The translations under genes and the position numbers were made by a program. Shown here in pieces: positions 11,964 through 23,810 of a stretch of DNA of 64,000 nucleotides (its first letter is position 1; each line of letters begins with the position of its first letter). The DNA lies in contig CM060731.1 of NCBI GenBank assembly GCA_030704615.1, positions 51,956,001 through 52,020,000 of the forward strand, written 5' to 3'. Source of the stretch: Takakia lepidozioides (taxonomy: Eukaryota; Plantae; Bryophyta). Below the pieces are notes generated by a model. The model did no database searches. It had not been told where the DNA came from and saw only the letters and a program-made list of their open reading frames with translations.

Positions 11964-13056
11964 TGTAAGTTACTCAAAAGCCTGTTGACATTCAGCTGTC
12001 CATGCAAACACTGCATCTTTCTTCATAAGCTTGCTCAATGGTGCTGCTATCTGTGCATACATTTTGACAAATCTTCTGTAATAACTGGTTTGTACGTAGC
12101 TGGAGCATTGGTAAGTCCAAATGGCATTACCATATATTCATAATGGCCAAAGCGTGATCGGAATCCAGTCTTAGGAATATCTGCATCCTTAATTTGTATC
12201 TGGTGGTAACTTGATTGCAGATCAAGTTTTGAAAAGACCTTACTCGCATATAGGTGATCAAAGATATCATCAACTCCTTAGACTCTTATCATTTACTGGT
12301 GGTGGAGAGGCTTTAATGGCCTCTGTCTTCCTGGGATCCACAAGAAGTCCCCTCATACACACAATGTGTCCCAAAAGCACCCCTGAGTTCACACAGAAAG
12401 TACACTTCTCTGGATTCAGGCCCAGACCTCTCATCCTGCATCTGGCCAAACTTAACTCCAATTTATGCAAAGTGCTCATTCTTAGAGCTGTACACACTGA
12501 AATCATCCAAGAACACCTGCATGAAATCAACCAGATACTCATGAAAAGATTCACTTATCACTCTCTGAAAGGTTGTTGGTGCATTACAAAGTCCAAAAGG
12601 CATGACTTTGTATGCATAAGCACCCCAGTCTGTGATGAAAGCTGTATTTCCGTGGTCTTCTTCTGCCACTTGCACTTGATTATAACCAGTGAAGCCATCC
12701 ATGAATGAGTACATCTCATGGCCTGCCACAGTGTCCAATACCGCTTCTGTGAATGGCAAAGGAAAAGGATCTTTCTTCGTGCAAGCATTCAACTTCTTAT
12801 AGTTCACACAAACTCTCAGTTTACCATTCTTCTTGGGAACTATCACAATGGGTGACAACCAAGTTGTATACTCTATCAACTTAGCCTCAATCAACTTCTT
12901 GATCTCTTCTCCAACCTTCTGTGCATACTTGGGATTCATTCTGTACCTTGCCTGTTTGATTGGTACTGACCCTGGTTCCAGTTCAATCTTATGCTGACCG
13001 ATCTCAGGTGGTATCCCTTTTAGATCCTCATAGCTCCAGCAAATACATCTCTGCAT
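11964..13056 (-). pseudogene. Gypsy reverse transcriptase, frameshifted and interrupted
   Basis: WLSPIVIVPKKNGKLRVC, MDGFTGYNQ, MPFGLCNAP, FLDDF. Confidence 0.95.
12093..12272 (-). mobile_element. Foreign RT fragment from a different Gypsy lineage, inserted in the RT
   Basis: Translates [56 protein letters not shown] and sits between host LRS and QTSYYRRFV. Confidence 0.85.
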
Positions 13057-16000
13057 TTGATGAACAAACTCTTAGCTTCCTCAAAGAATTCTGGCTCCAA
13101 ATCAGCCCCTACCTTCACCATCCTCGGTTCCTCTTCAGTTCCCACATTCACTTCTCTCACCTGCTCAGCTGTGATTGTCCAACCAGTCACCACTTCATCC
13201 TGTAAACTCATAGTGGCTGGTTCCTCTAGGATTTTCATTTCTCCTTCTCTTTCTTCATAAAAATGTGGTGGGTAAGTGCTTATTACTCCTTCAATTGGAG
13301 TTGTTGTCACTACACCACAGCAGATACCTTTTAAACAACTTAGGCCTTCCAGTTGCATCTCTGCAACCTGCTCCCACTCTGGGTGTGCAGCGAACAGGGT
13401 AGCTTCCTGCTCCTCATCCAGTCCTCCCCTCCAGTCATACTCCCTGACCCCTCGAGGTCTTCTCGTAGCAGGTAATCTACTAGATTTCTTAGTGGTAATT
13501 TGTATCTTGTGCATCCCCTTATGCACAGTTAGTAACTGGGAATTCCAGTCATGGAATACCGTGGCCTGTTTCAGCCACGGACGTCCCAATAATAAGGAGT
13601 AAGCCTCCATGACTTCATCCATTTTCAACACAGTTACTGTGATCATAAAGATCATCTTTTGAATATGTATCTTAACTCCTCTTATCAATCCCAATGGCTG
13701 TACACTTCTTTGATCTGCCATTGTTACTGTAAATGGGGCTGGTTTCATGTTACTTAGACCAAGCTTCTGCCTTAATTGGTCTGTCATGATATTCACTCCA
13801 GAGCCCCCATCTATCAGTACATCAGTTAGTTCTGTGCTTCCAATTCTCAATTGGATTACTGGCATAGAATCATCAAAGTCCCTGACTATTTCTCGCCCTT
13901 TCGGCTTCATATTATAACTGGTCACCTTGCTGTTCAGGTCTGTGTTCCCTGTCACATGGGCAATTCGATTGATTGCTTGATACAGCCTGTGCCTACAATA
14001 AGGTGCCACAGCCAATAGCTGTCCAATGGTAATTTCTGCTGCTTTGGTCTGGCATATTACTTCAGCCAAAGTTTCTTCATTACTTGCATGTCTGCAGCTT
14101 CTTTCTTCTTTCTTCCTCTCCTCACTCACTTCTTCTTCTCCATCAGAATCAGAGGAATCTGTCATAGGAATATCAGTACTCTTCTGCATTTCCCTTATGG
14201 TATCTGCCACTTCTTTGTGCAGTTCTTTCTCATCTCTCCAAGCCTCATCATCTTCAGGTACATCACTGCCATCATTATCATCATCTTCCTCAACTACTGG
14301 GGGTATTAGTTTGGCTTTGCTTCTCGTTACTATCATTGTACTTACTTCTGGTACAACACATGGCCTAACCATGTGAGCTGCCACCACTGGGCCCTCATTC
14401 ACAGGAGCTCTCATCTCATTCTGGTGTCTAATCCAGAATGAACAGGCTGCCTTGCAATGTCCTGCCTGATTACAATAGTAACACAGTTCTTCACCATTGG
14501 GTCCTCGCCCTTGGTCTGCTCTAGGATTATTTCTGTAATCCTGATTCCCTGGCTGGTAATTCCCCCTTGGATTACCCTGATAGTTGCCCCTGGAATTTCC
14601 TTGGTAATTCCCTCTTGGATTACCTCTCCCTTCCATACCATTGTTATAACCACCAGGCCTACCATAGTGGTCCTAATCACTGTTTCTTCTTGGCTGGGGC
14701 TGCATTTGATGCACCCTTACTTGCCTAGGTTCTCTAGCTGTTGTCCTTCTGTTGTAGTAACAATTCTCAGTAGAATGGTTATCCATCTTACAGATAGTAC
14801 AATGTTTCTCCTTCATGTGGCATTCAGTGGTGGTATGGCCTTCATTCTGGCACTTTGCACACCAAATGTTCACCCTTCCTCCAATGTGTTGCAGCCTCCG
14901 AAATTCATGGGAAGGCCTGATTTATTGTAGCCCAAGTGGTTGTACATTACAATTCAGGCACCAAATATCCGATGTGAACTTGCTGTTCTCGTCCGTTTTT
15001 GTAACGTACGTTACACACCTTCATCTTTACGTGCACTGATCACCGGCATACTTCTTCAAGATTTCTTCTAATCTTTTCTCATAGTTATTCCTCTTCAACC
15101 TCTCATTTCTCTTACTCTTCCTTTTCAGCTCTTGCTCTTCTTCCTCATCTAACTCATCCTCAGAGTCCTCATCATCCTTTTTCTCTCTCCTGATCATTCC
15201 CAATTGCTCAATTTTGTTCGCTGTTTCAAATGCCTCCTCCATTGTATTATGGGGTAACATATCCACTTTCTTTTGCAACTCTGGTCTTAGTCCACTCACA
15301 AACCAAGTCTTCTGTAAACCTGGTGCTGGTACAGCAGCCAGCTTTTTCATCATCAATTCCATTTTTTCCATATACTCCTCAACAGTTTCATGCTTCTTCT
15401 GCTTTAACTGTTGTAAACTTCCATACACTTCATCCTCAGTTTTACTTGTCCTAAACCTATTTCGGAATGTTGTATTCAAGCCATTCCAGGTTAGGAAATG
15501 ATTATCAGGGAATCTTGCATACCATTCACTTGCTTTCTTGATAAGTGAACAAGGAAACAGTCTCATCTTGGCATCATCGCCATTCTCATTGTTCACTATA
15601 CACATGTGCTCAAATTGGCTAATGTGTACATCGGGATCCTTTTTTTCTGAATATATTGGAAAATGTGGTTTTGCCCGTGTTGGTTGTAACGCCATCTGTG
15701 GCCCTACCTTCTGCCTACTGACAGATGCTGGCACCCTTGCTGGTGCTGGTCCCTGAGGACCTGTTGTAGTTGTGGTGGATCTTCCACCCAGTGGTGGCCC
15801 CTGAGCACTCCCTGCTACTGGCCCCACGATATTCACAGTATTCCCAGCTCCAGTTGCACTACTTCCCACACTCCCTGTCCCCCCAGAGCCAGACCCAGGC
15901 TGCCCGCCTGATCCCCCTGAGCCGACACCTTCGTTGGCCTGTGATCCAAGTGCTCCACTTGATCCAGGTCCAACAGGTTAAGATGTCCTGGTTGTAGTCT

Positions 16001-17283
16001 CAACCTCAGCTGTGGGGTCTACTTCTTCATACTCTTCCTCTTCCAATTTCTTCTCTCTGTTTTCATCCTCCAAGTTCTGCCCTTGGGTTTCTTCTTCACT
16101 CATGTAACTCAACTGCAATGGTGTTGGAGAGTCTGAACTCTCCGTTGGCTCTGCTACATCCTCCCCTCCTTCTTCGTCTTCCGTCTCAGTTATCGGCTGC
16201 ACTCCGGTGGCTTCAGCCGAGTATTTGGTTTCCGGGGCCAATTTCGGCGCCGTTATTGGCTTCACTCCCGAGCCTTCAGCCGGCTATTTCTTTTCCTATG
16301 CCCAATTACGGCGCCGTTATACCCAACCTTCCTGCACTTCTGCAACTGTACTATCCACGGTTATAGGTCGCCATTGCATTTTCGGAATCTGCAAACCCGG
16401 ATCCTAATTCCGCTTGCGTCTCTGCCTCTGGGATAATTTCGGTGCCGTTATTGCCCAGAATTCAGTTTTTCTATGACCTGGCCTGGCAGTCCATGAGCCT
16501 GGGCTCCAAGTCATGAGCGGACACTGGTACTTATGAGCGGAGTGCTTCCAGCATGAGCGCGAAAATCTTCGAAAACCTTCTCTTCTTATACTACTTTCGA
16601 TTATTTTATAGTTTTGGGCCCGAAAAAAATCTGCCGAAATTCGAAGTGTGTTACTTTGCGGCTCATGGGTGAGCCATGCCCGCTCATGAGCTCATGGAAT
16701 AGCAACCCCCACTTGATTCAGGTCCAACAGGTTGGGATGTCCTGGTTGTAGTCTCAACCTCAATTGTTGGGTCTACTTCTTCATACTCTTCATCTTCCAA
16801 TTTCTTCTCTCTGTTTTCATCTTCCAAGTTCTACCCTTGGGTTTCTTCTTCTTCACTCATGTAACTCAACTGAAGTGGTGTGGGAGAGTCTGAACTCTCC
16901 GTTGGCTCTGCCACATCCTCCTCTCCTTCCTGGCCTTGTGCCTCAGAAACTGGAGTTCCTGCTTTTGGTGTTCCATGCCATCTCTGATCAAAGATTTCCG
17001 TCAAATCTTTAATCCAGGGATGTACCTCAGATCTTTCACCTCGTGGTTGATCTTCTTCCTGTACCAATTCCGTTAATCTTTCTTGTAAATAATAAGAAGG
17101 AGTAGCATCCAACTCTAGTTCTTCCGGTATGGGTGATGTACTCTTTGATCTTAACGGTGTGAGAGGTCCAGATGATTCCCCTATGTCTATTCCTCTCTCC
17201 CAAAGATATGGATAATTAGCTTTCAGATAACTTTCTCTTTTTGCTGAATATCTCTGGCGTCTAGCTTCTCTTTCATCACTCAT
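13020..17283 (-). pseudogene. Gypsy gag plus aspartic protease, fragmented
   Basis: Acidic N-terminus (MSDERE...); capsid DPDVHISQF...LFPCSL...ASEWY (15027-15869); three CCHC knuckles (CAKCQNEGHTTTEC, CTICKMDNHSTENC, CYYCNQAGHCKAAC); GNxRGNYQ repeats; protease VLIDGGSGVN. Confidence 0.9.
16230..16710 (-). mobile_element. Probable DNA-transposon terminal fragment inside gag
   Basis: Minus strand begins GGGGGTTGCTATTCCATGAGC; CATGAGC and AATTTCGGCGCC motif arrays in the same order as 58122-58500. Confidence 0.55.
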
Positions 17284-17303
17284 GTCCCATGTCTTTCATA
17301 TCT

Positions 17304-17886
17304 TTAATGAGGCAATAACCAAAACTCTCTCATGTAGTATCTCTCGTATATGCCTGGATTTCTTTCAAGCTTCAATGCACCTTTGGCTATACTAGAAGTC
17401 TCCGCTACCATATAATCATATGGCAAACAAGTCTGAAAAGCTGTTCTTGGTGTGAGTTTGATCCACAGAATATCTTTAGGAATCCAATTCTTTACCAGTA
17501 CAAGCTCTTCATGCATATGAGTATAAACATTCACTTTCCTTTCCTCCCAGCCTTCAAACTCTACTCGCTTAATGGATAGCAATGCTATCACATAAACCAG
17601 TGTTGGTAATCAACGTGCTCTTCCTCTACAGGCCACTTGATAAATCTTTATCACTCCTTTCTCCAGACCCCACTTAGGGTCAGCATCATGCACTCTCTTA
17701 AGAATGTTTTCTTTACAACCGTCTGGCAATTCCAAGAACCTCTGAAAGAATTGTTTGGACAATCTTTCCTTCTCAGTTCCACAGGTGATTCACATCAAAT
17801 TCTTTAATTCTCCAACCACCATGATCCCACCAGATGTCTGTCACATCTGGTTGTTCATGACCCAGATCCCTAGTATGGTCGCCAAA
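17304..17886 (-). pseudogene. Extra 5' ORF upstream of gag, unknown function
   Basis: Peptide conserved with 61970-62552 (EQPDV...WWDHGGW...IALLSIKRVEFEGWEERK...FWLLPH). Confidence 0.6.
17867..17884 (-). other. Primer-binding site, tRNA-Arg type
   Basis: TGGCGACCATACTAGGGA 2 nt after the 5' LTR; complementary to a tRNA ending GGTCG-CCA, as plant tRNA-Arg do. Confidence 0.8.
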
Positions 17887-18791
17887 TGTCGAGCGGCTTT
17901 TACTCACCCATCCCTTCGCTATCCGAGGCGGAAACTCCAAAATAGGATATCTCTAAGCACTTAGCCCGCTCAGAACAATCAGTCATGACCTACAGCTAGT
18001 GAATCATGGTTGCGCTTCCTATTTGTATTTCTTCTTGCCTTCATATTAGCCAATTACCTTACTGTGTATACTGAAGCATCAAATTGTTTCTGTACCTATC
18101 AAGTTCCAATCAATCATTCATTCATTCCACAGCTTCTCTCATGTCTCTCTACACAGTATGATTGTATCGAATAAATATCAGATTAAGATTAATCAGGTAT
18201 CAGGCCAATGCCATGGTGTCCCTAATCTACCCTACTGTATGATTCTACAGCTTGCAAGAATTAAGCCTCGATCAAGTCATCTTCTCATCCTCGCTGTTTC
18301 CACTCCCCGCTTCATCTCCTCTCCCTCTGACCAAGTCCCGCTCTTCAAGAAGTGATCCCCTTCCTGTTGCCGCCCTGCCTAATCTACCCGCAAGCTGTTC
18401 TAACCTCCTAACTAACTAACTGTCACCCCTGAAGTAACACGTTCCCTCTGCAGATGTCATTCCCACACAGTCATTCCCTGTCAATGATAACCGTTTCCTA
18501 TGTACGCTGTGACGGGCTGTGCCAAGCTGTGTCGAGCAGTGACTGTGCCGGGCTGTGACTGGCTGTGCCAAGCTGTGTCGGGCTGTGATAGACTGTGATA
18601 GGCTGTGACTGGCTGTGTGAAGCTGTGTTTGGCTATGACAGACTGTGTCGGGCTGTCTACCCCCCCTAAAGCCTGCACCTGTCACCCCTAAGGCTTCTGT
18701 TGGTCTCAGTCTACCATCCGTAAGTCTGCGCAAAAATTAAGGGTACCCCACAGAACCCGTAAAAACGTCTAAGTCCCAAACAGCCCTCTAA
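17887..18791 (-). repeat. 5' LTR (outer terminal dinucleotide lost or mutated)
   Basis: TGTCGAG...CTCTAA on +; closest to the LTR at 50827-51752. Confidence 0.92.
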
Positions 18792-18793
18792 TG

Positions 18794-21700
18794 TGTTGTA
18801 GTGCATGTCATCGACGACAGGATCGAACCTCTCGTTTATGAAACATCCTCCCCCATGAAGCTCGAACTCCACCATTGTGGTGGGAGTCGACAATGGATGT
18901 ACCCTCACGAGACAGACGGCCTCAAATAGACGGGTCTGCGATGAAGAGGTCGATAATTAGTGAGGAATGTTTCATAGCACATCTGGGTGGGAGTGCAAAC
19001 CCATTCCAGATGGAACGGGTTCAGAGTCATTGCTCATGCACCGCCATAACTGAGTGCGCTGAGCACTCAATTCAGGCAGTGCGAACCGCATGACTTCATA
19101 GCAGTCAGTACAGTGGAACTTCAACTTCTGCCCTGGGAAATCCCCCTTCGTCAGATATAGGCTGTTGACACAATTCCAGGTCTTGATAATCCGCATCCCC
19201 GAGGCTTTCAAGTAGCTTGCCAGCTCCCGGCGACAGCTCATCGTGACAGATTGTATGATAACAAAAACCCCTGCATCGGAAAGGAAAAACTTGCAAAAGG
19301 AAAACACCCAACTCCAATACCTCTCGTCAAATTTGTTCCATGTTGGGCAGGTGTCACCTGGCAGAATATCCGGGACTGGATGCCCGTCCGGAATGTCCAC
19401 GATAACCATCTCCGAAGCAAACGGTTTCAGTGCACCATTCACCCAAGATTCCTTCCCCCTCCATGCCTGCAAGCAATATAGCGTGTAAGAAGGGGAAGAT
19501 GTTTTATAAGCGACCTTCCTGATCCGAGTAAAAATAAAACAAAAAAATAAAACACAAACACATGCATGATAATTGCTTACCGATTGGAGAAAAGCACATA
19601 GCTTGTCCCATGTATTGGAAGGATCACCACTGTAACTTGACTTCCTTGTCTCCATCATGGCCAGGAACCCGTCGTTTACCAGCTCGCACATGCCCGGAAA
19701 AATGATTCTAGATGGGTGCTCCATTGCATCGTAGGGCTCTTTAAGACCCTTCTTCTTTTGGTCAGGCTTTCTGGCTGGGGGTGGGTTCTGCACTGGCCCC
19801 GGTTGCACCACGGACTCCATCTCATTCTCATTCGGAGTGTTTTTCTGCCCCTTTACCTTCCCTTTCCCCTTGTCCTTTCTAGGCTTGACTGGCGTATTCT
19901 GTGCAAGAGGCTCTTTCTCAACCAATATCCTCAAGTTTCTCTCGTGCAACTCCTTCTCCGCACAGTTTTGGGACTGTTTATTCAAAAGAGCAGGGCTGCA
20001 ACGAAATCGAAACTTCGTGAGACAGGAAAGAAGGGTGGAAAAAGAGTGTCAAGACAAACCTGTATGGAACCCTCTTCATGGCCTGTTCTGATCCATGCTG
20101 CTGCTCGAAGTCGTTAGTGCGCGAGATGCCTCCCTCTTTGGCGAACTCCCTGAAGAAGCAAGTGCCGAAGCAAGCTGCTTTCCACTGGTGGACGTAGTCT
20201 TCTAGAGTATCCGTCGGTGGAGGCATAGTTATCTTGTAATCGTTCAGCTGCTTCTCCAGCACCAGCTGTGCCCGAGCCTCTATCTGCGCAAGAACAGTTC
20301 TACAATTCAGAGAAAAGATGTTTAAGAAGAGTAAGTGACTTTTCCCGGTGCAATGCAGATTTGCAGTGGCAATGGAAAGGGGAGAGGAAAAAACCTGTGC
20401 CCAGTACGTGGCTTTGTGCAGCCACATATCGAGAACATGGTCACTGAATTGCTTTATGACTCTTGTTTCCTTGTTCTTCTCACTCTTCGGAAAGCAGTGG
20501 TTATCTTTCACTGTTGGGTCGGCGTTCCAAATCTCAAGCCATTGCACTTTCACCTCTAGCTCCACTACGGCAGTGGACAGGCAATGAAGCTTCTCCTACA
20601 TCATTTCGGGCTTGGTGTTCACGTTCCAGTGGATCCTGACCTGATTCAAGAACTCTGGGCCAAAAGCAGGGTCGGCTATTCTGAGTTGTTTCACGAACGC
20701 GCTCATGTAGTGCCTCTTCGCCACCTCCATCTCCTTGTTCATAGATTCTTCCACTCCTTTTGAGGATCGCTCCCCTGGGTCTTTTTTGGCATAGTACTCT
20801 GCTTTCCCTTTCTCTCCAGCCTCCGCAATCTCTTGCTGAACATTCCAGTATACAACCTATTAGTCAACTGGTTTTATGAATGAACAAGTAGAGAGAGCTA
20901 GGGACGGAATACTTACAGCATACATGTAGTCACAGAAAGCCTCCCTGGTGAGCTTGTACCATGTGTCGGCAGATTTGGAGGTCTCGCACTTCTTGTAAGC
21001 CTCAGCACTGATAAGGTTTTTGAAGGTGACCAGTGGCATTTGGCCCACCTTCTATATCCTGAATAGAGTGTGGACCAAATTCGTCGTCACGTGTGCACTT
21101 TCGGTTCCCCTGCAGTCCCACACAAACACTATGACTTCCTCCTTCACCAGGAAATACAAAACAGTCAGAACAAATCGGAGAATTTTGATGGCATGAAGGG
21201 TGAGCATTATACTTACTTGTTGATGTCATGCATAGCCATCAGAAGTGCTGTGACATTTCCTTTCGGATCCAGCACCATGGACGCCACAAGGTAGTGCCAG
21301 TCCTCGTCTGTGCTGTGATATTTGTTTATGTCGTTCATCTAGGCCATGAAGCGGTGATTGCTATTCCAAATATGAAACATTTTCCCGGAGAACACCTGTG
21401 TGGACAGTCTCCTCGAAATCTGGGCTTCAAACTCCTTGTTTACTTCTCGCCATATTGGATCCCAGCTTTTCACAATTGACTCGTCCACCAAGACCTCTTG
21501 TCCACTAGCATCGCACAAGGACACGTAAAACACTGGAGACCCCTCTATGTATCTGTGACTAAAATCCTGCTCCAACTTGGACACATCCCTGGTCAGGGCA
21601 GGTCGAACGATTGGCATTGATATTAGGTGGCAGAGAGGGATCATAATCTTGCCTCCAGGTACCTACATAGACTTGATCACCTGCGCGGAATTGACCTTCT

Positions 21701-23730
21701 GGTACACGAGGACCTTTGCCGCTCTTTCTTCATAGAAAGGATCGTCTACTTCAACAGGCTTCTCAGTCACTGCCTCCTGCTGCTTCTCAGGCTGCAATCC
21801 TTTTCTTTTCCTCCCCTGCACGTCCCACAATTATAGCCTTTTCGTCATTCCACAGCTACATTTTCCTGATCTGGCACCTACAAGAACTGAGTGCGGTGGC
21901 GCACTCACTTTTGAGACTCACAAAGGATCGGAACATACAAACATCAATTCTCCAAAACTACACACATAACCCTCATTTCCTGTCAACCGGAATTGAGTGC
22001 GGTGGCGCACTCATTTCTTGGACACCTTCCATGACATCTATGAAATTATGTTCATTTCAGGCACTCCATCTCTACTCAGTCAATGGCTCCTTTGTCACTT
22101 CCTCTTCCACATTGTGTGCTTCATTCTAGAGGCAGAAACTGAGTGCGCCACCACACTCAAAACTGTACAAATATATATTCAGTTAAAAACCGGATTCCAA
22201 ATCAACTTCGACTTACATACTATCTTCAAATATCTGCGAGTCCACTGTTAAAACTGAGTGCGCCACCACACTCAGTTTCCAGGGTGTTCTGATGTTTGCC
22301 CCATAACTAAAAAAGAATGCTTTCCAATTTCCACAATCATTTTCACTTTGTAGTTCATCTCAGACATCATCAAATCAACCATCTAAAGGTGCTCAAAAAA
22401 CTGAGTGCACCACCATACACAATCATTTTCACTTTGTAGTTCATCTCAGACATCATCAAATCAACCATCTAAAGGTGCTCAAAAAACTGAGCGCGGTGGC
22501 GCACTCATTTCTGGGAGACCTCCACTCTGTCCTGCTTTCTCTTTCAAGCACACCAGGGTCTTTACCTTTGTCCACGAAGATGGTCGACCTCACCTCAGAA
22601 CTGAGTGCGCCACCGCACTCAGTTTCAAGGTTATCGTTTCTGTCTATCTGAAAACTCAAAAGAGATCTCACTTTGAATGAAACACACTTTCTAACTTTTG
22701 TTTCACCTCTCTCATAAGCAAACTGACCATTCTATGGTGATCCAAAACTGAGTGCAGTGGCGCACTCAGTTCTGGGAGCCATTAAATCTGTCTGCCTACT
22801 TCTGTTTTGAGTTCATTGGGGTCTTCACGTCTGTCCAAAAACATTGTCGATCACACCTCTGAACTGTGTGCGCCAACGCACTCAGTTTCTAGGTTAGACT
22901 TAATGTGATTCTCAAAACTCAAAAGAGATCTCACTATGGAATAAACGCATTTTCTATCTACCGTTCACCTCAGGCAATAGCAACTCAATGATTCCATGGA
23001 GCTTAGAAACTGAGTGCGGTGGCGCACTCAGTTCAGGGTGGCCACTCCACTGTCTCTCGGACCTAAACTGCGAACATCACCTTCCTCTTTCCCTAATGCC
23101 CAAGCGATCGCCCAGCATCCAGTTGAAATGAGTGCGGCACCGCACTCAGTTTCCCCCTGTCCCTCTCAGGGTTCCGTTTCAGATCCTGCTGCCTCTAAGA
23201 CTTTCTTATTCACCTCGGCCTACAATGGAAGTGATAGAGCTCCCCTCAAAACTGAGTGCGGTGCCGCACCCAATTTTCAAGGGATCTCTCGTATCCTGTC
23301 TATGCACCTGGTACGACAGTCAAGCGACATTCATGCAGTTTGGGAGAAGGATTACCTTGGGTTTCATGACACCACTTCCCGATGCCTCTTCTTGTTGCGT
23401 CCTCACAGCTTCCCTTGGTGTCGCTTTTTTCTCACCGACGGTGGTGGTGTCGATGTCCATGTCATGCACAATGGTCTCCGTGGCAGTCTCCTCCCCTTCC
23501 CTTCTTCCCTCCATTTCAGGCTGGCCCGCCTCTGTGATCTGTTCTGATTCGTGGGTTGACATATCCTGTGCAACTTGCTCATCAGCGTTTTGCAGATTGC
23601 GCAACTTTCTCATTCTGACTCGCGCGTTTTTCCTCTCTCTCGCACTCGTGAAGTAAAGGGACTGCCTTCTACGTCTTCTTACTATGTCTTCTCTCTCACT
23701 CCCGCAGCTCTCCAGCTTGACTAACAACAA
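18794..23730 (-). pseudogene. Multi-exon gene: basic/acidic N-terminus, ParB/Srx-like domain, DNA amino-methyltransferase-like domain; truncated by the LTR
   Basis: IPLC.L..MP.VRP...FHIWNSNHRFMA* (two G>A changes from WDGNHR, and TAG from TGG); EMVIVDIPDG...W....VFSFCKFFLSDAGVFVII resembles motif IV-VI of N6A/N4C methyltransferases; GT-AG introns at 19467-19580 and 21110-21216, donor at 23355, acceptor at 21878; in-frame stops. Confidence 0.6.
21885..23275. repeat. Array of 12 conserved ~28-bp palindromes in a degenerate ~262-bp higher-order repeat
   Basis: AAACTGAGTGCG(GTGG/CCAC)CGCACTCAGTTT near 21885, 21991, 22136, 22251, 22398, 22484, 22599, 22745, 22862, 23007, 23126 and 23249; a 13th copy at 19048. 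Confidence 0.92.
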
Positions 23731-23810
23731 TAGAGAAAGTAAGGAACCCTCTAAAGCCGTCAGTTATGCATGTGGTTAAGGACGTGCGTGTCTACCTTCT
23801 AACCCCCCAA

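Larger units (their letters stand above)
5355..18791 (-). mobile_element. Ty3/Gypsy LTR retrotransposon (non-chromoviral), ~13.4 kb, probably composite
   Basis: 5' LTR, PBS, gag-PR-RT-RH-INT, extra ORF, PPT and 3' LTR in order on the minus strand; the two LTRs are diverged and there is no TSD; internal duplication near 16 kb. Confidence 0.9.

Noticed and set aside
5355-18791. Intact, datable full-length element
   Set aside because: LTRs are different subtypes, no TSD, internal duplication; LTR-divergence dating would be invalid
21885-23275. CRISPR array
   Set aside because: Spacers are about 58-120 bp and related to each other, repeat orientation flips, there are no cas genes, and the context is eukaryotic
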